Of a stretch of DNA of 64,000 bases, positions 39,291-52,687 are shown piece after piece. A program made the translations under genes and the position numbers. Under the pieces are notes generated by a model, which searched no databases, was not told the DNA's origin, and saw nothing but the letters and a program-made list of their open reading frames with translations. Where the stretch lies: NCBI RefSeq assembly GCF_902459465.1, contig NC_047078.1:1488001-1552000 (forward strand), in the 5' to 3' direction. The DNA comes from Asterias rubens. Lineage: Eukaryota. The stretch's first letter is position 1; each line of letters starts with the position of its first letter.

Positions 39291-39830
39291 CGTATCACTA
39301 CAAACATTGGAACTCTTAGTTAGTTTAATATTAACTGTAACTGATAAGACAGTCTACTTCAGAATGTTTCAGACCCAGATTCACAAGAATTGTTCTGGCA
39401 CAATCTCAGCCACCATTGTTTACCCAACATGCGCTTGTGGATTTATAATGTAAACGTTGATGCATTTTATGGAGTTGGTATCGCCGTTGAATTTACTCCC
39501 AGGTTCAAAGTGTTCTCATAATATTGCAAGCGCAAAAATCGCAATATTAAAAGCGTGCCTGTTCAAAGTTCTCTTGGTGATTCTGCTGATGTAACTCAAA
39601 AGAATTGCCCTTGATAGTGCTACGGAAATAGAAATGGAGGCCAGTTTAACCTGAATGCAAACATTAAACGTAACTGAAAATTTATGCTGCTTTTGAAAAC
39701 TGGCTTCACTCCGTACGCATTCGATGTTTGTGCTTTCTATTCAGTAAAAAGTAGTGCATCCATGTAGATCAAAGGTGCCCCAACCCCAATTCCAAAAAAG
39801 AACACACATCATCACAACTGGTCCCACCCC

Positions 39831-39831
39831 A

Positions 39832-39906
<75 letters not shown>
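39831..39906. repeat. (ATT)n microsatellite
   Basis: About 25 perfect ATT units. Confidence 0.95.
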
Positions 39907-40440
39907 TATTCGACCAATACAAGGTACAACAAACAAGTTACAGTAGCACAAGCAGTAGACAGAACATTAACGGGGAAAAAAAACAATAATGAAAAAGCAA
40001 GAAATAAGGAAAATAAATACAGAATTAAATAAAAGAATAAATAAGGTTAAATTAAATTAACTTAAATAAATTATTTGAAAAAGAAAACAAAAGCAAAAAA
40101 TAAACACAATAAGAGGGCGGCTGAGGGCGGAGCATGCAGGAGGAAAACAGAACCAAATGGGAACGACAACCAGAAGGGATAAAAAACAAAGACAAATCAT
40201 GCGGGTCAGGGGTAACAAAAGTAAACCAAATTACTGTTGCTCGGAAGCATGCTGCCCCACGCATGACCAACAAACACAATGAACAATTAGTGGAAATGGC
40301 TTCAATTTGTTTAGTAAGTTGATACACATGGTCATATTTCTGGGGTAATAGTTGTTACAGGTCCAATGTAATGCGCGGTATCAAACAGTTAGTGTAGGAC
40401 TGCATTGACCCGGTTCACGTCACGTGATCACCACAACACC

Positions 40441-40759
40441 TAGTCTTGGTTCAAGACTCTCCTGGATTTGTCACAACAGGGCGCGCTATCACCCCCAACG
40501 CGCTATCAACCACGAACCGCTATCGCCCGAGAACCGCTATCACAGGAGAGTCTTGGCACATTCGATAAATCTCCACCCCAAAAAGGGGCGGGCTCTGCGG
40601 GAACCCTACGCACGCACATTATGTTTCCCCCCGATTTTGGGGGGAGATTTAACGAATGTTCCAAGACTCTCCTGTGATAGCGGTTCGTGGTTGATAGCGC
40701 GTTGGGGGTGATAGCGCGCTTTCTTGTTACAAATCCAGGAGAGTCCTGAACCAAGACTA
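40441..40759. mobile_element. 319-bp MITE with long TIRs, TAGTC ends and a perfect 9-bp TSD (CACAACACC)
   Basis: cacaacacc|tagtcttggttcaagactctcctgg...ccaggagagtcctgaaccaagacta|cacaacacc. Confidence 0.85.
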
Positions 40760-41223
40760 CACAACACCTCTTGGTTGTGATGGAAATCAATGCTTTACAA
40801 TGTATGCAACTTAGGCATGCATGTTAAGATCTCTGGTTTCGGCTTTTGACTCCCAGAATGGCGAGCTTGGAAGAGACCGACCGCTTGTAATGTTGGCGCT
40901 ATTGGGAACATTGGCGTAGCCAGGGGTTAAAGGGTGGCAAACCTGCCCCCTCCCCCACCTCCCAGATGCCTCGCTCCAATCTTTCACCCTCATTTGATAG
41001 AAAACTCTCAACTTTAGGTTCGATAATTAAGTAGTCCCCTTAAGTTATGTCTTAGCTTGCGCTTAACCCCAAATGCTCTTATAACTAATGCCACTTGGTG
41101 AATATATGTTGAGATCTCACTCAACTTTTGTTTGATACCAGGCACAGTCAAGTTTTTAAAATAAAAAGGGCGTTAACAATATATAGAGATACCTTTAAGT
41201 AAGGAAAACGTTGATTGACAGAA

Positions 41224-44118
41224 TACATAGACAACGCATTTTATTACTTTGCTAAACGTTATACACATTTTGATACTCGTTTACAGATACTCTAATCACC
41301 CGGATTAGGATTTACCCGGATTCTGTTTGTACGAAGGCCGGACACATTTACATGTCAGGTTAATCCGGAACATGTTTACAACTCGGATTCTGCGTTAGTT
41401 TCACCCATTCAAGGGTCACTTGACACGTGTTCCGGGTCATACTGACCCAGAAATGGGTCAGTCCCCATCACGGGATCCGAAGATCCAGGGCAATTCTGAC
41501 CCAGAGTCATTGAGATCGTATTGACAACACACTGCAAAAACGTTGGTCAAATCATTTGTTAGGCAAAGTAACTTCAACATTTATTGGTCGATAATTGCCC
41601 AACAAAACCAATTGGTTTTGGACAAACATTTTGTTTGCCAATTTTTCGTTTAAAAAGCGGAACAAAATTTGGGCAAGTGTTGGGCAAATAATTCGTAATC
41701 TGAATTTATCATAACTGTTGGTTACACTTTTATTTATTTATTGGAGCAACTTTTTGGGTAATTTTAGTTAATTTCGATTGATGCACATAAGTTGGTCAAA
41801 ATCATCCGATCATGCGCACTACGATCAAAGAGTTGCCCAAAAGTTGGGCAAGGTATGAAAAAACATAACGATATTTTCCAACATGGCGAGTGGAGAAGTG
41901 GCTGTGACGAGCGGGGTTTTCCAGTAGATATAGATCAAATTTGAAGGTTAATTTTTAACTAAATATGAGTTGTGTTTTGTATTCAGTCGTACATAGTCGT
42001 GACAGTTGCAGAGGGAGCCACAAAGTGACACTACTGTTGAATTAGTTTCAGTTTTTAGTTTCAGTTTTATCATGCCATTATGTGCAACGCCGGTTGTGGC
42101 ATGTATGCGTGTGCTTGCGCTGCAACTGTCACGACTGTGTACAACAACTGAACAGGAAACAAACTGTATTTTAGTTAAAAACTAACCTTCCAAAGCATCT
42201 ACGAACCACTGAGCACCGTCTCGATTTTGAGAGAGATGCCAAGGCCTTGGAAGGTACAGCTCACCACCGTTTGCCATCGTGGAAAATATATTTTCTACGC
42301 CTGCTTGTATGACGTATCACAGAAGAAACTGTAAATCAAAGGGTTAAATACATTCACCATTTTGTTGGATAACACCGAAAAGGGTTAAATCATAATAAAA
42401 TCATCGCCCAATAAGTGGGTTATTGATAATGTATTAAATACCCAGAAAATGGGTAAACAAAAAATTACCCAACTGTTGGTTACCAAAATATACCCAACTA
42501 TTGATGAAGAAATATTACCCAATTATTTGGCAATCAGAGTGCCTAACTTTGATGGGTAATATTTTGCCCAAAAGTTGGAGGAGTTCACTATTCGCCCTTA
42601 ATATTGGGTAAATAGTTGGGCATTTTTTACCCAATTTGTTTACAGTGCATAATCTACAGCCAACTGTTCAATGGACCCTTCCCATGAAATATGCTAATAA
42701 CATTCACGCATGCGTACAGACCCAGCATGTTGGTTGGCAAACGCCAAAGAGTTGTGCACCAAGCAGACGCGCAGTCGCGTCTGCGTCACGCAGATGAAAA
42801 TAATTTTCGTCTCACAGTGATCATGAGACGAAAATTATTTTAGCATGGAAAAACGTATTTTCATACACAGACAACGCATTTTATTACTTTGCTAAACGTT
42901 TTACACATTTTGATACTCGTCTACAGATACTCTAATCACCCGGATTAGGATTTACCCGGATTCTGTGTGTACGGAGGCCGGACACATTTACATGTCAGGT
43001 TAATCCGGAACATGTTTACAACTCGGATTCTGCGTTAGTTTTACCCATTCAAGGGTCACTTGACACGTGTTCCGGGTCATACTGACCCAGAAATGGGTCA
43101 GTCCCCATCACGGGATCCGAAGATCCAGGTCAATTCTGACCCAAAGTCATTGAGATTGTATTGACATAATCTACAGCCAACTGTTCAATGGACCCTTCCC
43201 ATGAAATATGCTAATAACATTCACGCATGCGTACAGACCCTGTTGGTTGGCAAAGAAATGTGCACCAAGCAGACGCGCAGTCGCGTCTGCGTCACGCAGA
43301 TGAAAATAATTTTCGTCTCAGTGATCATGAGACGAAAATTATTTTAGCATGTAAAAACGTATTTTCATGACATTGTTTTACTCATTTCTCAAAAAACACA
43401 GCACCTCAGCAACTAATTTTTTAAGGTAATCTTTCTACTATCATTATCTTCAAAAGATGCAAGTTTAATGTAAATTTGTGGACATGGTGTTTTGTGTTAC
43501 AAAAAGTACCCAAAATCCTTCAGGAGGTGTATCAATTTTTATTATCAACTGTTAGTTTTGTTCAAACATACTGATATTAGATCATTTTCAAGTCATGATC
43601 TTTCTTTTACAAAAACACAAACCATCATCGGTATAGGGTCACAAATGAACGACTAAAGTTATACCATCATATCTTTCCCTCGGCTCTCTTGATTTTTGAT
43701 CATCCCGTTAAACCCCTTTCACAAAGAGTGTCTTTATTAAGCAAATTGTTTGAGGCAAAGTTGCATTGGAAAAAAATACCATTAAAGATACTGGACACTA
43801 TTGGTAATTGTCAAAGACCAGTCTTCTCACTTGGTGTATCTCATTATATACATAAACTAAGGGTCACTTGGCACGTGTTCCGGGTCATACTAACCCAGAA
43901 ATGGGTCAGTCCCCATCACGGGTTCCGAAGATCCAGGTCAATTCTGACCCAGAATCATTGAGATCGTATTGACAACATAATTTACAGCCAACTGTTCAAT
44001 GAACCCTTCTCATGAAATATGCTAATTACATTCACGCATGCGTACAGGCCCTGTTGGTTGGCAAACGCCATAGAGTTGTGCACTAAGCAGACGCGCAATC
44101 GCGTCTGCGTCACGCAGC
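41224..44118 (+). repeat. Local triplication of a ~500-bp unit
   Basis: Copies at 41224-41529 plus 42648-42860, at 42861-43345, and a partial copy at 43858-44118. Confidence 0.85.
41530..42647. mobile_element. CACTA/EnSpm-like non-autonomous element (CACTG ends, 2-bp TSD CA) with internal foldback
   Basis: ttgacaaca|cactgcaaaaac...gtttacagtg|cataatc. An empty site 'ttgacaacataat' lies at about 43970. Subterminal CCCAA/TTGGG repeats are present. Confidence 0.85.
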
Positions 44119-44222
44119 CATTAGCCATGTACAACACAGCGCGATGTTCCCTCATTTTGCCATCCAAATCGTTAGTGCGCACGCGCTATGTGCAATTTAC
44201 ATATTTTTGAGCTTGAAACCAG

Positions 44223-45711
44223 GGGTCGATTTCACTAACGCGTTTTGGTCATCGCAAACGCCGAAATCGATCGCTAAATCTAAGATCCATCGCACCTTAG
44301 CGATGGATTTTTAGCCGACGATTTCACTAAAACTTAACGATGAATGTACTTGTCGCAAAGTTTTATTTAGCGATGACAATCTTGCGATGACATGTTAGTG
44401 GTCGCAAAGTAAAAGTTCATCACAAACTTATGATACATCACGCCATTATGTGCTTATAGTTATAGCGGTGTACTTTTTGACGTATAAATTACCCGTGATT
44501 TAGAGTAAAATGAGGGCGCTACATTATTTTAGTCTTGCGGTTTTTTACCTGGTAGACTCAGATTGCTGATGACAACTATCAGCGACGCAACTGCAGCAAA
44601 GAGCCCCTTAATATCGGTAAAAAGGAGATACTATATGGGTTCGATTATTTTAACCATCATTTTTAGAAAAAATGTGTAATGTATTGGCAAATTGACAGTG
44701 TGAAGCTATATTATTAGACAGATATGTCAGAATTTTCATCAACCCCCACCGTAACAATTTACGAAAACTGTTTATTAAAATCTAAAATTATAATAGAGGC
44801 CAGAGAGGCCTATAAATGCTTTAACCCTTTGTAAATGAATAAAAACTCATTTTCGCTAATTTACCGTGAATTTCTAGCCACAACGAATGGTTACTTTACT
44901 AATCTATTACATATTTTTAGCATTTCGTCCAGGCCCTTAATGGCTTATTTTAAAGATGTGTGGCGGTATTTTTTTTTATAAGTAGCATTTTTTGACATTT
45001 TAGTCGAAGATTTCAAAGCATTTTTGCCGTATCATCAAAACTTCGGTCCGTATTTAATTTTCTACAGTGCGAAAGGTCACTTATACAGGTAATTTAAAAA
45101 CAATATTTGTGTTCTCAAAAAATTTGTATATGCCTACCCTGGTATTTTTTTTAACATAAGGGTTTGTGATTTTTGCTGAATATAAACGTATGTCACAATA
45201 TACGAACTACAAATCCTTAAAAAACCAGGGTCATAAATTTCAAAAAATTAGTTCTTCTTGTTCAAGTCACCAAAGATATGTAGTTATCTCAGAAAAAAAA
45301 ATCGGACCTGATGTCTGGGTCTTAAACCACTGTGCAATGCCATTTCATTTCGAGCGACGACCGACGATTTTGTTGCGGGATGTCAAAGGTCACTACTATT
45401 AGCCTCGTACAAAAACTTTATTCCCCTTTTAACGTCATCGCAATTGCGATGACTTTAGTGAAACGCAGAATTAGCGTCATCGCAATGGGAGACTTTGTGG
45501 GACGATAGAGGGCAGCAGACTTACCGGGTAAATCCATTGTTCTCAGAATTATGCGCATGTTCAAAACTACGTAAACAATGGAAATTTACCCGGTATGTCT
45601 GCTGCCACCTAGCGTTGGAAAGTCTCCTATTGCGATGGATTTGAGGTTTACGATTTTTATCGCAAGTGTGTTAGCGATGATCGCAAACATAGACGTTAGT
45701 GAAATCGGCCC
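44223..45711. mobile_element. Harbinger-like non-autonomous element (GGG...CCC ends, TSD CAG)
   Basis: cag|gggtcgatttcactaacg...cgttagtgaaatcggccc|cag, with GCGATG-rich subterminal regions. Confidence 0.8.
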
Positions 45712-46439
45712 CAGGCTTTCTGCGTCTTCTCACCTGTACAACTCTTGCTTTGCATGCTGAGAAAGAACAAAGAGCCATTCAAGAAGGTTTTTTTATCAAA
45801 AGTATCTATCTATCTATCTTTTCAAAACTCCTTGCCTCGTTGTTTCCCCCAATCCTACAATCTAATCTTGTCAAAAAATGTAATCTTGATACATTTTAAA
45901 GGGTCTTAAAGCCATTGGACCCGTTCGGTAAACAGTATTGTCCAAGGCCCACACTTCGTGTATCACAACTTCTATATCAATTAACAAACCTGTGAAAATT
46001 TGGGCTTAATCGGTCATCGGAGTCGGGAGAAAATAACGGGAAAACCCACCCTTGTATCCGCGCGTTTCGCCGTGTCATGACATGTGTTTAAAATAAATCC
46101 GTAATTCTCGTTAACGAGAATTGATATTGTTTTACTGTTTTCTCAAAAAGTAAAGCATTTCATGGAATAATATTTCAAGAGAAGTATTGCACCACTACTT
46201 TCTGTAAACCCTGTAAGTTATTTGTAAATCTGTGAACTTTTTTTTTTCCTGTACCGAAAGGGTCCAATGACAAAATCAAGATGTCCACAGATTTACATTG
46301 AAATTATTATTGTTATTAAAAGATTTATATAGCGCATTTCCAAAATAGACCAATGCACCTAACAGGAAAAAAATAGAAATTAAATACAATTGAAAGCAAA
46401 TTTATGCACACACATAAAAAGCACAAGAAACAGCACATT

Positions 46440-46965
46440 AGAAGAATATTAAAAATTTGTAACATATAAAAACCTATGGGAAAAGCTTTGCAAAGAAAAA
46501 ATTAAATAAACCAGCAACATTAAAATTCCTTTGGAAAGAGGAAAGTTTTTAAAAACTTCTTAAACATTTTTACACTAGGGGCATGACGAAGGTTTATAGG
46601 GAGACTGTTCCAAAGTCTGGACCCTGAAACAGAAAAAGACTTGTCCCCGAAAGATCTTTTGGTTGACGGTATTGCAAGTCGTGTGTGATCATGGGTTGAT
46701 CTATGCCATTTGCGACCAGAGTTGTATTTATTAAAAAGCTCTTGTAAATAAATAGGTGAAGTACCATAGACACTATTGTACACATGCACTAAAATCTTAA
46801 AGCCAATCCTCTGCTGGACTGGCAACCAATGCAACTCCAAGACAGATCTTATTTCAGTAATGCAGTTGGTCATTCTAAGCTTTGCTGACGCTCTGTCTGC
46901 CTCAGATTTAGGATTGAAACTGGTGTACAGCTGCGTATCATCAGAATAAATATGATAAGATACAT
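46440..46965 (-). mobile_element. L2/CR1-clade LINE ORF2 3' fragment with an internal deletion
   Basis: RT motif HIYSDDTQLY runs almost directly into LELHWLPV.QRI.FKIL...SFSVSGSRLWNSLP...FKKFLKTFLF. Confidence 0.85.
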
Positions 46966-47814
46966 CAAAACGCCTGGAATTAGTAATATAGTTTTTGAGA
47001 AAGAAGTGGATTTCGAGACCTCAGATTTAGAATGTGAGGTCTCGAAATCAAGCATGAAGGCACACAACTTCGTGTGACCATGGTGTGCCAAGGGTGTTTT
47101 TTTTCTTTTTCATTATTATCTCGCAACTTCGACGACCAATTAAGCTCAAATTTTCACAGGTATGCTTTATTATGCATATAATATTGAGATACACCAACTG
47201 TGAAGACTAGTCTTTGACAATTACCAATAGTGTCTCTAAAGTCTCTGAAATGACTGGAATTTTAGTATCAATGGCAAAGCAAATGAGAGGAAGTTTTTCA
47301 TGAATTACAGATTTTTCGATTTACCATATTATGGTATGTTTAAAATGCATGATCTGTTTTGGATATCACGTACAGTATATGGACAGGCCCAGCTACATGG
47401 ACAGGCATATATATTAATGATAATGTTATGAAATAATTATTAAGACAAGCAAAATGTGCAACCAGTGCGTGCGACCTGGTTCCTCATATCGGGATGTTTG
47501 AGCTTAAAAACAGACTTTCTGCTTCTTCTCATCCGTTCACTCTTGCTTTGCTGAGATAGAACAAAAAGCCACTCAAACAGGTTTTTTTTTCCAAACGTAA
47601 GCCTATCTTTTCAAAACTCCTTGCCTCGTTGTTTCCCCCACTCCTACAATCTACAATCCTACAATCTAATCTTGTCTACATTAATGTAATCTTGATACAT
47701 TTTAAGAGGAGTGTCAAATGTTATTACCAGCTTCTATATTTTGTTCTGACATACTGATATTAGATTTATACTAAGCCCGGGAAGGGACAGTGGAAAGAAA
47801 AAAATATGCAGGGG

Positions 47815-48130
47815 CTAATTCGTTCGCACGGTTTAGTAATCCGTTCGAACGAATTAATAATCCGTTCGCACGGTTTAGTAATCCGTTCGAACGAATTAAT
47901 AATCCGTTCGCACGGTTTAGTAATCCGTTCGAACGAATTAATAATCCGTTCGCACGGTTTAGTAATCCGTTCGAACGAATTAATAATCCGTTCGCACAGT
48001 TTAGTAATCCGTTCGCACGGTTTAGTAATCCGTTCGAACGAAATAGTAAACCGTTCGCACGGATTAATAATCCGTTCAAACGAATTAGCAATCCGTTCGA
48101 ACGAATTAGCAATCCGTTTGCACGGTTTAG
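47815..48130. repeat. Subterminal 18/21-bp higher-order tandem repeats in the left TIR (mirror at about 56605-56965)
   Basis: Alternating TAATCCGTTCGAACGAAT and TAATCCGTTCGCACGGTTTAG units. Confidence 0.9.
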
Positions 48131-48196
48131 CCAAAGCATGAAATGGCGCTGCACGCATGCGTAAGCGATCCCCTCATAACAACACTTTGCTTCAAG

Positions 48197-50921
48197 ATGG
48201 CGGAGGGCCGCGACACAAGTTCTGACTCTGATGATGACCGTGTTGGTAAGTTTGTCAACAGATGCATTGCTAATTGAAAAGACAAGGTTGGACACTTAAA
48301 AGGTCCCGTAGAGATTACATAGAGTTGTCGGTATAGGTGTATATTTGTTATAATTCAGGGTAACGTCATTATCACTCTGGTTTACTGGTCTCTGTATCAG
48401 ACCAGCCATCGATTCCACCAAACTCTTCCTAACTTGGGATTAATCTTAGGACTTAGGACGAGTCCCAGCCTTGCACTGAAACATGCAAACCTTAAGATTA
48501 ATCCTAAGTAAGGACGAGTCAATCGCCCCAATTCGAGATAGGATAAATCCTAGTGTTTCGTGAAATCGGCTGCAGGTAAGAATGTTATGTCACATAATGC
48601 AAGTAGGCCACTTTGCATTGACTGGCACCGGCCACAGGATAGTTACGATTATAAAAACTATGGGCCTGAAAAGGCTTGTGTGTTGTGTATGACGGCAAAA
48701 AGGTTATGAGAGTAAGCATATCACAACATACCCAAAATCCTCCTCAAAACTTTGGTCGGATCTGAAGATTTCTCCTTCACAAAAGTCATTTTCATTTCTG
48801 CTAATATATATTTATGTGCATAAATAATTTAGCGTGATGATAAAATAGCTAAATGTCACCCATGTTGAGGTAAACACGTGTGTAGTCATTGTGTAAAGGT
48901 GTTATCAAGCACTCCACAAATTTGTTGTTCATATGCACTGGGCCGTTCCAGGTAGTGACAAGTCTTCCCCAGTGGCTTTCAGAACATAGCATTACCATAA
49001 TTATGTATTACCCATGTTGCTATACAAAATACTGGTGAAATTGTTTCACTGTTGTATGAGGACATTCATAGTAAGGCTAGTATACTTTTGGCTGTTGCAA
49101 TTTATAAAATGTATTGTCAACCGTGGTGATACACCGTTACCTTTTATACTCTGAGTCATTGGAGACACAAGACACAAAGTTTTGACGTTTTGCCACAGCT
49201 TCAATTAAATTTTGTTTTGAAGTTTCGCCAGATACCAAATCTTGTTTGGGCAAGCTGGAATCAACATCAGGGCTAACAGACTTTAATTAATAATTATAAC
49301 ATATCCAAAGGACACCTGCAGTCCAGTGGACCGCATTATTTTGTGTGCATTGCAATGGTTCAAACCATGACTTAAAATTGTGATAAAATCTCACATTAAA
49401 ATTAAAACTAAATAAGTATTTACTTTTTGATGTTTGTAATAAAGAAATTTCTTAATGTTTTGTCTCAACATGCAGATTTCCTCAGTGACAACCTTGAAAA
49501 CGTTCGTCCTTCTTCCAGCGAGAGGAATACCTCAACACCAGGAAACAAAATTCAAAGAATCAAACTCCATCGGGGTCAGGTTTTTGTAGAACTAAACAAC
49601 GCTGTCAAAAACGGCACAGTATCATCGAATGATGCCGTTATTGAAGTCGAGATGATTCTACCTAATGGAACTGTTGAAAAAGGGGAAGATAATGGGGGGG
49701 TCTTCAGAGACGCTCTCGCCGAATACTGGGAAACATTCAACAAGAAATGTGCAACAGGAAGTATCATAACAGTTCCAGTAACCCGACATGACATGAAAGA
49801 AACGTGGAAATATGTTGCTGAAGTTATGATTATTGGGTATAAAACAGTGGGTTATTTCCCCATCAAACTTGCAAAACCATTCATGAATCATTGTTTTGGA
49901 CATAAAACACAGGAAGACGAGCTTGTAAAGACATTCTTGCAGTTTATTCCGGACCACGAGAAAAAGATCATTGAGCAAGCTCTTACAGATTTTCAGAGTG
50001 TTAGTGAGGATGACGAATTTTTGGATATGCTGGATTCCCATGAGGTGAAACCCTGCGTACGTGAGGACAACTTCAAAACAATCTTGTCAGAAGTGGCTCA
50101 TAAAGAACTGATCCAGGATACTGCATACATATCAGATTGCTGGCGGGTTCCTCTCAAACAACGTTTGACACAACTACTACCAAAAGGGGGTCTGGATGAG
50201 TTGTATAACAAGCTAAAGCCCACACCCCACAAAGTGACATCCATCCTGCAGTTTGAGGAACATCTCGAGCGAAAAGAGCAGAGCATCTCTACTTTCTTGA
50301 AGAAATACATAAGGCAATGCCCTGAGGAACGTCTTCTAAGGTTTCTTAGATTTTGCACAGGTACTGCATTTTTTATTTAGACGAAAACACTGACTCTGCT
50401 TTTTTAAATTCAAATAAATCATTAACATGACATTTTAAACTCCATGTTAGTGTAGTCTAACCTGAAGGAAAAGTCAGTTGTACACGTAGGTTTCACTTAA
50501 AAAAATGAAGGTATATTACATGATGTACATTCTATTATTGCGTTACTCGGTTATTTTCTGGGGTTTAAGATTAATTGTACATTAACATTATTTTGATAAT
50601 TATATGTTGCAAAAAGATTGCTTGAACATTGATATGCGTCTCTCAAATGTAGTTTTTCAATTTGTACACTCAGTAGACGTTGTGCACTGTATTTGAGTAA
50701 TGGATGATAAAATCGTTCTTCTAACAGGTGCAGATGTCCTGATTGCATCATCTATTAAGGTGAGGTTTGTAGAACCACTGAGTGACTTCTCAAGAACTCC
50801 TGTTGCACACACCTGCGGTTATGTGCTTGAGTTTCCCAACAGCTATGGCTCCTACTTAGAGTTGGCAGAAGAATTAACCGAGCTCCTTGACTCAAAAGTA
50901 TGGGTAATGGATATCGTATAA
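48197..50921 (+). CDS. Transposon-borne stand-alone HECT-domain E3 ubiquitin ligase, about 375 aa
   Basis: Exons 48197-48245 (in the TIR; inferred), 49476-50360 and 50728-50921, GT-AG and in frame (1128 nt). Motifs GEDNGGVFRD, LLRFLRFCTG and catalytic PVAHTC. Confidence 0.85.
48403..48575. mobile_element. Small Harbinger-like MITE inserted in the left TIR only
   Basis: cagccatcgattccaccaaac...gtttcgtgaaatcggctgcag. It is absent from the mirror position in the right TIR. Confidence 0.6.
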
Positions 50922-52297
50922 ATCAGTAAGCATGAGATAAAGTAAAGTAGCCATTGTAATAATATATGCATTTAGGTTTTATGCTCAACTCTATTTTACT
51001 CTTTTTTTTTTTAAATGCGTCAGTGTCTTCCATCGTGTTCATATAAGAAGTTCTCTAAACCATAATGTTCAATTCGGCACAATTCACAGTGTGTCCATAG
51101 TTCATGCACAGTGCAAATTCATTAACAGTTTATGTTACCATAGTTTGACCATTATTACCATTGGAACAATCATAGGCTGTTTAGGTCATAGGTCAATTTA
51201 GTGTCACAGAAATGGATGGAAGACACAAATACTTTTCTCAGTTGAGAAATAATTATTTTTCCTAATTTTATTTGAAAGCTTATGTATCTTTTTTTTGTGG
51301 TTGCATGATATGCACTGTGTACCAATCTAAGTTTCCGATCCAGCAGTCTAAGCCCCTTATTATTTAGAAAAATAAAAGCTTATAACTGATTTGCAGGGAG
51401 TGCTCTTATTACTGTTATCTAAAGGTAGTTCTTCATGAAGAATGACTGGGAATGGATGAAAAACAAAAAGGTTTGATAAAAATAACTGATATTTGTGTAC
51501 AAAGAAGAAGAAAAATGCTTCATTGTAGATAGACAGTTACGTGTTGTTTTTTATACTCGACAAAGAAATCGATAGACAACTGAAAAACGGTTGACATTTA
51601 TGCAAAGATACATTACAATTTAATGGTTGTTAAACAAATTGAACGAGTCATGCTTGCGTGTTCATAACACTAATTGTAAAGACCAACCCCCCCCCCCCTT
51701 ACAAATTCGGGCATGTGAAAACATTTAATTGTTCTTTCTTTATTCTAAACAGTTGATGATGTATATTTTTAAAAGTATTGATAACAACAAATCATAGGCC
51801 TAGCCTGGAAAGTATTTTCCCAGCCAGTGACGCAAACGGTGGTTCAGCAGTTAAAGTACATTATACGACTTTATTAATGCACACAACATAAAATCGTCAA
51901 AACCTACATACACAAATTAGACAAGTAAAATGAAAGTATCAAACATTTCTGAGCTGCTGTAGGGGTAGTATAAATCGTTTTGAAAGCATTTTATACAGTT
52001 TAAGTGTTATATAAGTGTTGCAGTTTTCTTGTAGTTTTTAAGAGTTTTAACAGTATATCACTTTGTGTTTCTCCCGGGACATTTATGATTTGTTGGCGTA
52101 TCTATAGTGAAAGGAACCTATAGAAAGAACATATTTTTAAGTTAATAATTATTTCAAGTCTGTTTTCTTCCTAGCTAGAATTACTTTGAAAATATTTTCT
52201 GATATTTCCAACAAAAACTTGAATTTCATTCCAATATTTCAAACTCTCTATAACTAAGATGGTCACACCAAATGGCGCACCCATTGCGGGAACTTAA

Positions 52298-52687
52298 AGG
52301 AACACGTTGCCTTGGATCGGGCGAGTTGGTCAATAAAAAGCGTTTGTAACCGGTTGTTATAAAATGCATATTATGGCTAGAAAGACATTTTAAAAGTAGA
52401 ATACAGTGATCCACACAAATAGGCCTCGAAATTGCGTGGTTTTCCTTTTACATCGTGAACTAACACGGTCGGCCATTTTGTGGAGTCAAATTCACAAAAT
52501 GGCCGATCGTGTTAGTTCGCAAAGTAAAAGGAAAACCGCGCAATTTCGAGACATAATTTTGTGTGGATCACTGTATTCTACTTTACTAACATCTTTCTAA
52601 CATAGGCCTATGCATTTTATAACAAACAGTTACAAACGCTTTTTATTGACCAACTCACCCGATCCCGATCCAAGGCATAGTGTTCCT
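52298..52687. mobile_element. Palindromic Kolobok-like MITE nested in the IS3EU element
   Basis: ttaa|aggaacacgttgccttggatcgg...gatccaaggcatagtgttcct|ttaa. Confidence 0.8.

Noticed and set aside
38805-39323. 113-aa ORFs on both strands
   Set aside because: They overlap the probable TRIM 5' UTR exon and a MITE, and are not kept open in the duplicate at about 63000-63330.
47815-48130. CRISPR-like array (regular palindromic repeats), also 56605-56965
   Set aside because: No unique spacers and no cas genes; these are head-to-tail subterminal repeats of a eukaryotic transposon.
47766-48295. Repetitive ORFs (FERIINSFERITKPC..., RSNGLL...) on both strands, also 56580-57266
   Set aside because: Artefacts of stop-free tandem repeats whose unit lengths are multiples of 3.
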